From: Eutreptiella sp. 'Long Island Sound 2002'
Lineage: Eukaryota > Protista > Euglenida
Assembly: GCA_964036045.1 (NCBI GenBank)
Contig: OZ038378.1
Span: 13,206,001 to 13,270,000, forward strand
Direction: 5' to 3'
DNA: 64,000 bases
In this document: positions 23,269-35,099 of the stretch, piece after piece
Layout of the letters: each line of letters opens with the position of its first letter
Position numbering within the stretch: position 1 is the stretch's first letter
Program-made: the position numbers and the translations under genes
The notes under the pieces: model-generated
Seen by the model: the letters and a program-made list of their open reading frames with translations, nothing else
Databases searched by the model: none
What the model was told of the DNA's origin: nothing

Positions 23269-26200
23269 ATGGCCCAGCGCTTCTTTGCTATTGTGCTTTT
23301 GCTGTTCACCCTCTGGTGTGCTTTGGTGGTTGCTGGGCCGCACTGCAGCCCTCCCCCACCTAAATGGGCACCACCTACTGTGTGCACGGGGACTGATCTG
23401 TGTGAAGCCTTTCCATGTGATGCGTCTAGCACCATGCCTCCTCAGGTCCTCCTCCTCTGAGTCGCGCTCCCATTCACCCCTCGCCCTCCCAGCACTTCCA
23501 ACACGACCGTCTTTTGGGCCCAATTTCGACCATTTTGCATTGTGACAGCTCACCACACCTTGTCCTGAATTGCAGATGTTTTGACAGACAGGGGTTCATC
23601 CGGGTTCATCTTGCCATTGTTTTTCGGCTGATTTGCTTCCGCCCAATCGGCTGCCATTCAATTTGTTCTGGGTTTCACATTGATTGGGGGGGGCCTGCTG
23701 CAAGACCCTGCCTGGGCTTCAGTCGAGGGATTTCGGCTGCCAAAATGGCAGAAAGCCCTGCTAGGCACCTGAAACTTCTGGGCCACAGGCACTAGATTAA
23801 AGGCTCTTGGTCCAAATTCTTTCAATTCCAAAAACAGTGAGGTTTGTGGTGGCAGTTGGGCTCTGCCGGCCCCGGATTTCAGAGCGAGTCTTGTCAGACA
23901 TTCCAATATTCAAAGACCGTTTGGTCCCACATACGCTAGTATTGCAGAGCAGGCCTTCCAAAACAAACAGGGTGCTTAAATGAGGGATGGGAAATTGGTC
24001 GGCAGGGCACGCACCCCAGCCACCAAGGCCCACCCGACAGTTTACAGACGTTGATGTGCAGTGCAGACAGTGCAGTATTGATGCCAGTGTAGTCGCAGGG
24101 AGGGACGACAGGGACTGCAGGGCATGGAGCGAGCAGCAGGGTGGGTGCAGCAAGAGGCTGCCACTTTAAACAAACAGGGTGCTTGAATGAGGGATGGGAA
24201 ATTGGTCTCATCAACTGCATTCCCACAACTGTCGGGTCAGTTCTCATCAACAGACCTCGTTTCATTGCCTCCCAGGCTGTGAAGAAAAGTGATGATTGTG
24301 CGTCCTCAAGTCAAAAGCATTTTTCAACACATAAGACATCCTCAGCAGGCCAGTTGCTCACAAGGCAAGACACATAATGGGGCAAGGGGGGGGGGTTTAG
24401 AGGCGGGGCATTTGACGCACAAAGCGGAATCTTGATTGATCACCTTCGAAGTTAGTAATGTCTTTCCCACTTGTGCCACACTTTCAGAGACGCTGCTCCT
24501 CAGCACATTCAGCTCCCCCCCTTTCCACATTCAGTCCATCTTTGTGCTTTGCTGAATTTGCCCCATCGCTTCTGTGCAACAAAGGGTATTGTAAAGACGC
24601 ACGAACAGGGCAAGGAGACGCTTTTGCCCATTGCTCTGTTCCTTCCGCACATCCGTTGTGGAATTACCGTTTGATGGACTGCTGGTTATACTGGAATCAT
24701 GAAAAAATCCTGTTTTCCTTGAGAAGCCACGTTGATAAACCAGAGCCAACTTTGACACGGCAGGTTGTCATGCTAACATGTTTCCGAAGTCTTGCATGTG
24801 TTGCAGAACTTGCTGGGGACTTGCTGAGGGAACGTTGAAATGCTCCGTCGATGAAAATGCAACGATCATCCACATACATGTATGGGAAAGTAACACAAAA
24901 TGAGAGAGTACATCCACTATGTGGAGGTTGGGTAATGCCTTGTGTTGTGACAACCCCACACTGATTACACCACCTATGATAGGCACTGACTACAAATCAA
25001 AAGACAACCGCTTCAACTAAGATTTACTCAACCTCAACCAGATGATCCTTTGAGCCATGCATGGGGCAAGTGACTGACCCTCCTCTCTCTGGGACATATT
25101 TATTTGAAGGTGACCCCTCAACGTTCCAACGCAGGGAAAGGGAGGTTTTTAAGACCACTTCTCTTGTTTAGTCGTGTCCGCTCTAATCCATGTACTTTTT
25201 TTGTTTGCTGCACCCCCTTATGGAAAAACCATCTTTCATTGGCTATGAGTGCTCACCCACACTTGTAGCCTTCTTTCACACACCTACCTACCTTCACACG
25301 ACCTTCGTGCATACACCTGGGACATGGGGCTGGGCTAGACCACGGGGGGGGGGTGGAAAAAACCTTCGCGCCTGGAAAAAGTTTTTGTACCCCCTCCCCC
25401 GTCCAGGGGTTGGTCGTGAAAAAAAACTGTCGCACTAAAATTGCAGCCCGGAAGAGTTCAAAAGAGAAATAGCACGTACAAGAGAAGCGCCGTAAATTGA
25501 AGGGCGAGGTAGCATTGCAGCGAGAGATCCTCTTGCCTCTTCGCGCAAAAAGAAGAAAGCGGCGCGGCGGGCGGCCAAAGCCGGAGACCGAGAAGCGGAT
25601 GCCGTTATGGCGCCGGAGGAGAAGAAAGACAAAGACTACGCGCCACAGAGCGGATCCGAGGATAGCGAAAGGGACGGTAGCAGCGGACGTAGCACAGGTA
25701 GCACTAGCAGCGGCAGCAGTTCGGTCAGCACTACAAGTAGCAGTACCAGCATCAGCAACAATACCACCAGTAGTAGCAGAAACCCAGCCAAAAAGAAGGC
25801 ACCCGCAAAGAAGGGCACCAAGCGAGCAGCAGCTTCCGAGGGCGGCGATAGCGACAGCGACAGCCAGACCCCAGCCAATAAGCAGCCAATTAGCAGCCAG
25901 CGCAAGAAGCGGCCGGCAGCTTCCCGGGGTGGGAAGGCTAAGAAGCTGTAGACAACAGGCAAGACAACCCGAAACGCGAAACGACTCGAAACGCGAAACG
26001 TCGCAACATGCGAAGCGAAGCGACTACATGACAGAAATGGGCACCCTGTCATGTAGTGGGTCAGGCAACACACAAAGACGTTGTGTGACATGTTGTTGCC
26101 TAATCCAGGGGGTATGGGGAAAGAAGTAGTATTGGGGCTCTGCTACTTCTGACCGAGGGAGCAACACCCCTCCTCCTTAACCACAGTCGGAGGGTGAGAC

Positions 26201-28961
26201 TTCCCTACCACGCTTTGCACGTTGAGCCGGGGCCGTAGTCTTCACATTGATGGAGTGATGGTGTCAAAAGATCAACGTGCACCGTTTGTCACTTGTCATG
26301 TTTGCTTTCTATGCAACAAACTAACCATTCGGCTGAAAACATCCTCATTTCATTTCATTTCATGGAAATTTTGGATATATGTGTAAGGAAAAAATTTTGT
26401 ACCCCCCCCCCCCCTCCCAGGGGTTGCCTGCGAAAATAATGCTGTGTGCCGTAACAAGGAATTTTTTTCCGCCCCCCCCCCCCGGGGCTAGACACACACA
26501 GTTGATTCTGCTCCCAATCATATTGTTCCCCAAGGTGCACCCCATTGCTACATAGGCTTGAATGGATTTGGGACAGCGATGAGTGCAGATTTAGTCTGGC
26601 TTTCTGTTGCCAGACGCCTGCTTCTTGAGCACTGGCATGGGCTGGTCTAAGCACCAGATCCCCATCCGGTTGCTGCTCTCCGTGACCTGGGCCGTGCTTG
26701 TGCAAGGAGGCAGGGTACGTATGACCTCGTGCTTGAACGGTGAACTCTGGGAGACTCAGCACCAACGATGCCTTCTGCACTTTTTTGTTTGCACTGTGCT
26801 CAGCGCTGGATGATGGTGGTGTTTCACTTTGCTTGTAGGCCCAGCGCATTCCCCCACTGTACCCAAAGCAGTTCGAGTCCAACATTGAGGGCTTTCTGGT
26901 CTACCCCTTTACGAGTCAGTGGTGGCATGTGGACATCGGCCAACAGGTGCCGGGGAAGGTGCAGGGCAGGGGCTGTTAGCACTTTTGTGCAGGGGTGGTG
27001 CTTTGGGCGCCGGTTCCTCATTTGTCTATTCAGATGTCCGAGGCTGTTGGGCACATCTGGAGCCTTGCAAGGCGTGTTTATGCAGTGCAAGGCGCGGGCT
27101 CAGTGCAGCGCATTGGGGCCAGAGCAGGCTGTGTGGGGGCAGTGTAAGGTTGGAGTCATGGGGGCGGGGTAAATACCCCCTTGAGGACCCCCCAAGTGGA
27201 AAAGATCGCCACCGTCCTTCCGTGCTTCCGGCGATTGAAACCTGCACCCCATGAGCAAAACAGCCCCCCCCCCCCCCCCCCCGCAAACACACATTTGCCA
27301 TATCTCCGCCCAATGGACATCAAACAAAACCCATGTCCATCTTTGAATGTTTCTCTTGGGACATACAGCCTGAAAGCATTGACTTGGCGCACATCAACTG
27401 GTGGGTCGCAGGTCTTGACTCCCCTTTCACCTTCTATCTGACCAAAGGCAACACCGAGTCCATGTACAACACCAAACGGCCCTCAAACCGGGAAAACCGC
27501 TCGCCCTCTGGCTCCTGTACAGTTGTATGTCTTTAACTTTACACTGCTCCTGAAACCACCGGTTCAGCCTGGACCTGAACGGCACAACCCCCCACGAACC
27601 TACTGGACGTGAAGCTAATTGTATGGAGTCGGATGGAAATGGATTCCCCAACGCTTCATTGAGTAAAGTTCCTGCTACGCACATCACACAAAATAGTTTT
27701 TGCCGAAAGGGCTGCTGATTCGCGACCTCACAATTTGTAACAACCCAACCGATCTTATGTAAGCAGATGTGTTTACTATACACAGGGCCTGATTGCCAGG
27801 GGAGGGTATCCGAGTGGGCGTGTGGGACCAGTGACAAGCAAGCACCATCGCCACCCAAGCATCAGCAGACAGGCAACACAACATGCAAACCAACAGCAAA
27901 CACACAGGCAGACCAGTACAGTCTCCCTGATTCTCAAGCTGTTGATCCCCGGCGGGCAGGAGGGCAGGGTCACACTTCATCGAGCGATGCCAAGCGGACA
28001 GTCGGCGGCACGTACCAATACCAGTTCATGGAGTATGAACAATGAGGGTCATGATGGCAGGCGCGGCTGGGGCTAAATGCATAGCGGCGTTACCAGACCA
28101 ATTTGAGGATTTCCGAGACCTAAAATGTTGGTGTGGTCAGAACCATACTTGGGGCCGCAAGCGCCACCGCAAATCATTTTTCATTTACATATCTGCTGGA
28201 AAAAGAAGCCGCTGCCCGACATTCATATCTACTGTTCAGAATTGTATCAGCGTCGAAATGACATGAAAAAGCACCCCCCATGCCGCACCAGACCCCAGCC
28301 AGACCTTGATGGACCACATTTTCCAGGTATTTCTTCTCCCAGTCACCCTTTCACTGCCTCCGCGTGCGGAAAGTCAAAATCTTTAAAACTTCATGGGAAT
28401 CTCAAATATGTCGCTTTTGGGCTGTTGTTTTTGTCACCAACCCACCCCCACCCCCGACCCCACCCCCACCTCCCTGCCCCAGGCCTGAAATCTTGTTTGG
28501 CACGTCGGGGTGTAGTGCCCCCCTCAAGGTAGGGGAAGGTCTGGTCCATGCTTGTGACAGCCATGCCTCCACATCCACTCGCACGCAGCCCCACCCCTTC
28601 CCGCTCCTGCATTCAGGCAGGCACCCGGTTCTTGTACGATTGGGACCGTGAGGTCTTGAAGTTCCACAACCGCATCCCCATTGTTTTTGGGGCACATGTG
28701 GTCACCGACTTCATTCACGGCCCCGGCGACAAGATTCACGCGCTGGCGTCGGGCGCCTGCTTTTGCACCAGCGCGGGCATTGGAATTCTGAAGTATGATG
28801 CGTTCCAGGATGCGGAATACCTGGGCCGAGAGGACAAGTACATCGAGTATTTAGGCCAGACGAAGCGCGCAGACCACTACCTCAAGGGGCCGCACCATGT
28901 TTGGTTTGATGTGGAGACGGGCCTGCCCCTGCGAGCGTGGCAACCCACGAACGGTCTGCAG
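23269..28961 (+). CDS. Multi-exon gene for a secreted protein with an ependymin-related (EPDR/LolA-fold)-like domain; 3' end uncertain
   Basis: Signal peptide MAQRFFAIVLLLFTLWCALVVAG, with an AG 2 nt upstream of the ATG. Exons 28240-28326 and 28621-28961 are phase-consistent; 27369-27524 is a candidate. That the signal-peptide exon belongs to the same gene is inferred. Confidence 0.55.
25341..26485. mobile_element. Non-autonomous DNA transposon with CAC(G)n-YGG(A)n TIRs and an 8-bp TSD (GGCTAGAC)
   Basis: ggctagac at 25333-25340 and 26486-26493. Left end cacG10tggA6, right end T7ccgC12gg. Confidence 0.75.
25496..25951 (+). CDS. Lys/Ser-rich low-complexity reading frame carried by the TIR element (ATG at 25607; frame open from 25496)
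   Basis: SRKKKKAARRAAK...Ser tract...PAKKKAPAKKGTKRAA...RKKRPAASRGGKAKKL*; CpG-rich. Expression is unknown. Confidence 0.45.
   Translation: MEGRGSIAARDPLASSRKKKKAARRAAKAGDREADAVMAPEEKKDKDYAPQSGSEDSERDGSSGRSTGSTSSGSSSVSTTSSSTSISNNTTSSSRNPAKKKAPAKKGTKRAAASEGGDSDSDSQTPANKQPISSQRKKRPAASRGGKAKKL
28621..28961 (+). CDS. Exon: TRFLYDWDRE...CFCTSAGIGILKYDAFQDAEYLGRE...ADHYLKGPHHVWFDVETGLPLRAWQPTNGLQ
   Basis: CpG-rich open frame with cag acceptor and gtgtgg donor. The YDW, CxC..GIL..D..YLG and W.D..TG.P pattern resembles EPDR-family proteins. Confidence 0.75.
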
Positions 28962-29340
28962 GTGTGGGCGGAACCGGGGCAGTGAAGTACTGTAGAGGGC
29001 ATTGGTAGTGCAGGGGGAAAAGGGAGAAAGAGGCCAAGTTGGAAAAGCAGAAGGATGTTTGGCTCTGTGGGTACAGACGTATGGTTGCTGGCCTTTCCTT
29101 ACTGCTGTGGGGTGTGTTGGCGGGTGGGGGGGATGCCGCTGTCAGCTTGGCATCCAGCAACCCATTTTATTTCATTTCAGTTTTGTAGTTTAGTTTTTCA
29201 GTGTTCACCCAGCCGGGGCCAAAACAGCAACCGTCACCCACAATCCTGCAGCAGTGCTTAGTATAGCCCTGACCGGAAGGAAGCAAAGATTGTAGCATGA
29301 ATTCCATCCAACAAAATTGTGGTGCATGTCTCACCTTTAT

Positions 29341-29530
29341 TGGTGTGGTGTGGCGTGGCGTGGTGTGGTGTGGTGTGGTGTGGTGTGGTGTGGTGTGGTG
29401 TGGTGTGGTGTGGTGTGGTGTGGTGTGGTGTGGTGTGGTGTGGTGTGGTGTGGTGTGGTGTGGTGTGGTGTGGTGTGGTGTGGTGTGGTGTGGTGTGGTG
29501 TGGTGTGGTGTGGTGTGATGTGGTGTGGTG
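29341..29530. repeat. (TGGTG)n pentamer satellite, roughly 38 near-perfect units
   Basis: Directly visible. Confidence 0.97.
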
Positions 29531-30390
29531 TGCCATAGGCGCTGTTACCAAATGGCATTGGCGGGGATGGTATTGCATACGGGTATTTCAAGCTGGGAGG
29601 GCAGTGTGTCTAAAAGCGCGCTGTGTGTAGTATGTGGCACACCTGTGGCAGAGGGCCGTCTCTCTCTCCGGTGCTCTGTGGCTGCTGTCCTGCCGCTCCA
29701 TCTGATGGTGCAACCAAAGTTCTCCCTGGACCCAGGCCCATGTGCCTCTGGGCCCTGGTCAGGCATTGATGAGGCCGGCACTTGGGCAGCTGAGATCCTT
29801 CAGTACACTGCCACACTGCGACGGGCAGTGGGCAGTGCAGATCCTTCTGAAAAATGCCACACTGCATGAGGCAGTGGGCAGTGGGGCTCCTTCTATCCAA
29901 TGCCCCACTGCCTCACTGCATGTGGCAGTGGGCAGTGGGGCTCCTTCAGTACGCTGCTTCACTGCATGGGGCAGTGGGCAGTGGGGATCGTGCAGTATAC
30001 TGCCTCATTTGCACGTGGCAGTGGGCAGTGGGCTCCTGTGTAGTGTGGTGTGGTGTGATGTGGTGCGGTGTGGTGTGCCGAAGGTTCTGTTGCCAAATTG
30101 CAATGGCCGGGATGTCTTGCACATAGGGAAATGCAAAATGGGAGGGCTGCGTGTCTGAACGCGCGCTGTGTGTAGTGTGTGATGCACCTGTGGCAGAGGG
30201 TTGTCGCTCTGTCCGGTGCTGGGCGGCTTCTGTCTAGGGCCGCTCTGCTGTTCTGCCTACTGATGCAACAGAACTTCTCACTGGCCCTGGCCTATGTGCC
30301 TCCAGGCCTTGGTCGGGCAGTGCCGTGTGGTGTGGTGTGGCGTGGTGTGGTGCGGTGCCGTGCCGTGCTGTGCCGTGTGGTGTGGTCTAG
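29531..30390 (+). repeat. Composite repeat: ~170-bp unit (copies at ~29531, ~30078, ~34838), associated with pentamer tracts and the 45-bp hairpin satellite
   Basis: aggcgctgttaccaaatgg..ggat..tgca.a.ggg.a.t.caa..tgggaggg..gcgcgct.tgtgtagt.tgtg..cacctg.ggca recurs three times. Confidence 0.85.
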
Positions 30391-30549
30391 TGCGCCGGGC
30401 AGTTGTGATGGTAAGCACTGGATGCCGTGCTTGGGACACCCACTCCTGGTACTAGTGTCTCGGCGGTGTGCGGTGCCATTACCATTGTGGGGCCCTCTAT
30501 GCCATGAGCTAGGAGCTATCGGAGTGGCCACCCGCTAGTCCTCTTGCAG

Positions 30550-33500
30550 GCATGCATGCACGGGGGCCCCACGTGCACGTGGATGTCTAGTAGGCTCACC
30601 AGCGGCCTTGCAGGCAGGTGTTGCTAGGACAGGGTGGGTGGGGGGAAATTGAAGTCCTGCGTGGTCCCGGCTGGTCGTAGCTTCCCCACGTCCGACCTGC
30701 TACTAGCTGCCAACTCAGCGGCACGACTAGAGGACTACAGTAGGCCCGAGGAGGAGGACATCGGCTAATGCGTCCTCCTTTGGGCCTTTGACCTCGAGAA
30801 GGCACGTGGGCCAAGGACCACTTCAAGCGGGCCCAGTAGACTTACAAAGCGGAGCACCACGCCCGCAATGGGGATGCCCCACTGGACCCACCACCGACAA
30901 TGCCCCCATCTGTTGCGTACCCTACTAATGGTCGTAAACCAAGTGGGCATTCCCATGTGGCTCCCGGGCTGCTGTGAGGGCACCACACCCATTCTCATTC
31001 TCGGGCCCCTCCCACAAAGAGGGCAGCCGCAGCAAGACATTGCCCCAGTGGTGACGACGTACCGGAGCCCGTACAGCACAGCCACCCACGTCTGGCCGCC
31101 ACAACGGCTTATGTGGCGGCCCTCGCGCTGGGCTACCGCTACACAGTGAAACGGACTTATGCACATGCATACCTAGGGAACGCACATTTCACACAATCAA
31201 GAACTGGCTCCATCAATATCGTGGGATCGTGCGCCCTTTGCTGGAGATGCCGGTCCCCCGGTAGCAGCAGGCCCCCGAGGACTGAGCACCGGGCAAGATA
31301 AACCCATGCTGATCAATGGTGATCATTAGTGGCCACATGTCACATGTCACATGGTCATGGCACCAGAAAAGATTTATATGTGCGGCTAAAACCGGTGCCA
31401 GTTTTGAAGGCCATGGTGGCTATTCCTCAGGGCATTGCTCCGAATGAACAGGCACCGGCTGCTTCCCTTTATAAAACCTTTCAAAAGGCTGGGCACAGTG
31501 GCCAGTCCACCCAGGGGGAGAAAGAACGCAAAAGGAGCAGTCCACCCGTGGATGTTGAAAGCTCAACGCCAATGAGTAGCCCCGCAGAAGTGCAGCAAGC
31601 TACACTCAAAAAACCGAAAAAGTCTGCCAAAAAGCAGAGACCACCTGCAGACTACGACCTTTTAACTGGTTCCAGTGGTGAGGAAGATGATCTTGGTCTT
31701 GTGCTTTTTGCGTCTCCGGTTCAGGGGCACACAGATCCCGGTGGCCAGAGCAAAATTATTGAGTTGTAGGAGCAGCTAGATTGTGCCCAGCGTGAGCTTG
31801 CTGACATGCGCATGACAATGTAGTCACTGAAATGACGCAAATGCGCAGTTGCATGCTCGAAGCAGATGTCCACCTTGCTCAGGCGCGATGTAAAGTAAAT
31901 GTGCTCAGTATGCAGAATGATGTTTGCAGCGAAAGAGTTGCAAGAGGTGCCAGAGGCTATGCGACCGAGCAAGCGCATTGTCTCTAACTGGTACCAGTCA
32001 ATCTTGCCTACTGAGACCATGCTTGCAACATTTTTGGAACGAGTTGCAGCAACTCTTGCCCAAATGTCTGCGGGACCTAGATTATAAGGCCTCCCAGACC
32101 ACGGACGCTTAGTCCCCCGATAAGGCATGCTTTGTTGCTCAAGATACCATTTCAGTTGTGCGTTGAGGGGCTGCAGTGCTACTGGTACCCCGATGAAGCG
32201 TAGTCCATTGTTGAATCCCCCCATTTCATGCTCCATATTGCTTCCAGATACCATTTTAGTTGTGCGCCGAGGGCTGCAGTGCTACTGGTACCCCGATGAA
32301 GCGTGGTTTATTGCTCAATCTTCATTTTTTTTTGGTGTGTTGTTGCCATTGTGTGGGTAGGGCAGTCTTGGTGAGCAACAGACTTTTTGTTGGGCAACAA
32401 CAGACTTTTTGCAGGGTAAGACTGGGGTTTGTGTCTGTGGAACAACAAACTTTTTGTCTGTCGATGACAACCTTTTTTAACAGCACTTCGTTGGCACTAT
32501 ATGACACACTTCCTGTGTATACGGTAGGGCACAACGAAGGGTGTCTTTTTGGCATGCAGCAGTGGTTCCCATGAAGCGCAGCGCTCCAACGACAGCGCAA
32601 GCCTCTAGTGCGGGCTACGAACATCCGTTTGTGACATTGCACAAGATCTGCAAGATCGAGGAAGAGAGGTGCACCTCAGGCCAATTTGCCAAGAGCGTCA
32701 TGCCAGATCGTGGCAGCGGGGTACCAGACTGGAGTTTCAAGCCATTCGACCCCGATGAAGTGAAGCGGTGTGGTGACACCATGGTCACCACATGTCTGCC
32801 CACCATTGGACGTGGCTGTCTTGGTCCACCTCGGAAAGTGGGGAGTGCACCGGTAGCTCGTGGTTCTTGCCCTCGTGCGCAAGGAACTCCATGAGCAGGG
32901 TCCCACAAGAGGGTGGCCTTGGTGGGGATGCCCTCGCGGACGTAGACATCAATACCCGTGCCCGCGCACCCTACGCCGACGTGTACGTGGCACATATATC
33001 CTTCAAATGGGGAATCGTCCTCCCCTCGGCACGATTGGCTCTCCACCAAGACCATGATGTCTGTGCAGCGGGGCGCCATGAGCAGGGCTTGGGCCAGCAG
33101 CCGTTGGTGCATATCCCGCCCCCGGATGTTGAGCCATAGGTACCCCACTGCATGGGCGTTGTTCCCCACCACCGGGCGTTGTGGGGAGACCTCAAATGTG
33201 CTGCTCCGCCGTTGGCTGCACGGCTAGGCCTTCCCGGAAGGCCCCAAACACCCGAACCAAGCTCTAGGTACCCGCTAGTGTATCGCCGCCAAGCTACGGC
33301 TCGAGCCACTCCCTCAAAGCTTGGACGGGTGCATCTCGGAGCTTGAAGGGGGCCGCCTTGGTCAGTTCTAGCTACTGGGTGTCTACACACTAGGAGGAGC
33401 CTCCGCCTCTCCACATAGCATCCCCAATTGCCTGTGCCCCTTGGGCGTTGGGGGTGATGGCGTAGTGGTCACCTAGATTGTTTTTAGCCTTCTCCCATGC

Positions 33501-34640
33501 GGGGTGAGGGACCATGTTGGGGGTGATGGTCAGCCCATGGCCCGCATGGGTTGGAGCACCCAGTTCCCTTCCTCCTAACCGGCATCCGCCATGGCCATGA
33601 CCTCGAAGCGGTCACGCTTCTTAACAAGGATGGTCATGGGGTGCACCGCTGGGATGGGGTGCAAGAGGGGGTGTCAACGGGTGGCGGACGGCTAGCACGA
33701 GGGCCCATGTGTCTGGGAACACCTTCCGTGGAGGCGGTGCGGCGCTCCAAGCGTAGGTAAAGGCCATGATCTGAAGCCACCAGCTTTTTCGCTCATCCCC
33801 CCCCCCCTGCCGCCGCAAGCGCCAACTCCACTCGGCACTCCACAACAAAGTAGGGCGTGAATCTCAGGCCCCGGGGGATTGGGTCTGCGACGGAGTCTCC
33901 TTCTTAGCCGCAGAGCTCATAGCTCGGAAGCCCTACCGCGAAGTTGGTGAAGTGCGCTGGTCCCGCATGCGCCGGGCATAGGTGGCGGGGAGGGGCCCCG
34001 GGACGGGGGTCGTCGTGTTGCCTGCCTCACGCATATGGTAGTCTACGGCCACCAAGTATGGGGTGTCTACCTAGGCCGCCACATCATGTGAGCAGCACGG
34101 GTCCGCCTGGTGTGTAGCCCCCTCTACAACCGCTAGCATTGTTGTCAGCCGCACCTCGTCCGGGAGGAAGGGCTAGTTGAGGGTCTTTGGTGAGGGGCTT
34201 GTCCTCATCGTCGTTGTCACTGTTGCCGAGTTTGTGGGCCTCCCGCTGGGACAACGTCCTTGTTTCTCGCGGGCGGGGAGGGGCACCGGTGGTCTGCTCC
34301 TCGCTATCTCCAGCCGGTGTCGAGAGGTCTATGACTTGAGCCTTGGCGCGCGGGGGTGTCAAGATGGGTGGGCATTGCAATCCTCGCCTCACCATCAGCC
34401 TGGGCCAAATGGGCTAGCTGTGTCGCCATGCCCATTTCGCTAGGCAACGGGGTGGGGGGCGTTAGGTCACTATCCACCGAGTCCATGTCGCCATCTCTAG
34501 GGGAGACCCCCTATGTAAGGTCTAGGGGGGCCTTGGGGGCGGGTTGTTGGGTTCTCCGACGGTTCCAGTTGCACTTGGTCTGCCGGCGGCGCCTCAAGGA
34601 CCGGTCCTATGCCGTCTTGCAGCCCAGGGGCTGGACGGTC
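30550..34640 (-). mobile_element. Decayed APE-type LINE (ORF1-like region, endonuclease, RT), interrupted by an insertion
   Basis: Minus strand: DIMVLVES and GIDVYVREG (EEP endonuclease-like, ~33070-32930), DQHGF and LDCVKC (~31310-31200), VQWGIPIA and ALADV (degenerate QG.PLS and YADD). Confidence 0.65.
31320..32540 (+). mobile_element. Unclassified insertion nested in the LINE; decayed basic/coiled-coil ORF (KKPKKSAKKQR)
   Basis: Separates the endonuclease from the RT of the minus-strand LINE; ORF 31329-31769; internal ~36-bp duplication at ~32166 and ~32268. Boundaries are approximate. Confidence 0.4.
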
Positions 34641-35099
34641 GCCCACCTGGCCGTCCAGGGCTCTTGCCGTGCGTTGCGGTGCATTGCGGTGCTGTGCAGT
34701 GTAGTGTGGTGTGGTGCAGTGCGGTGCGATGTGGTGCATGGTATCGTGCCGTGGCGTGCCGTGCGCTGTGCCGTGCCATGCCGTGGTGTGGTGTGGTGTG
34801 GTGTGGTGCCGTGGTTTGGTCTGCAGTGCAGTGTGCTGAAGGCGCTGTTACCAAATGGTATTGGCTGGGATGTCTTACATACGGGTAATGCAAAATGGGA
34901 GGGTTGTGTGTGTGAACGCGCGCTCCGTGTAGTGTGTGGGTCACCTGCGGCACAAGGCCGGCGCTCTCTCCAGTGCCGAGCGGCTGCAGTCTAAGGCTGC
35001 CCTGCGGTTACCTGCCGATGTGCGTGCTAGTGCAACTTAAAACCCACCGGGTCCACACCTTTGTGCCTCATGCCCTTGGTTGGGCTTTGAGGAGGTTAG

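Noticed and set aside
24440-24720. hAT dimerisation-domain remnant
   Set aside because: The resemblance is too weak and broken by stops to support without a search.
29258-29630. HHTTP / VVWCG repeat proteins in the ORF track
   Set aside because: These are translations of the (TGGTG)n satellite. The same applies to ORFs over (TG)n, the trinucleotide tract at 46461-47198 and the 10-mer satellites.
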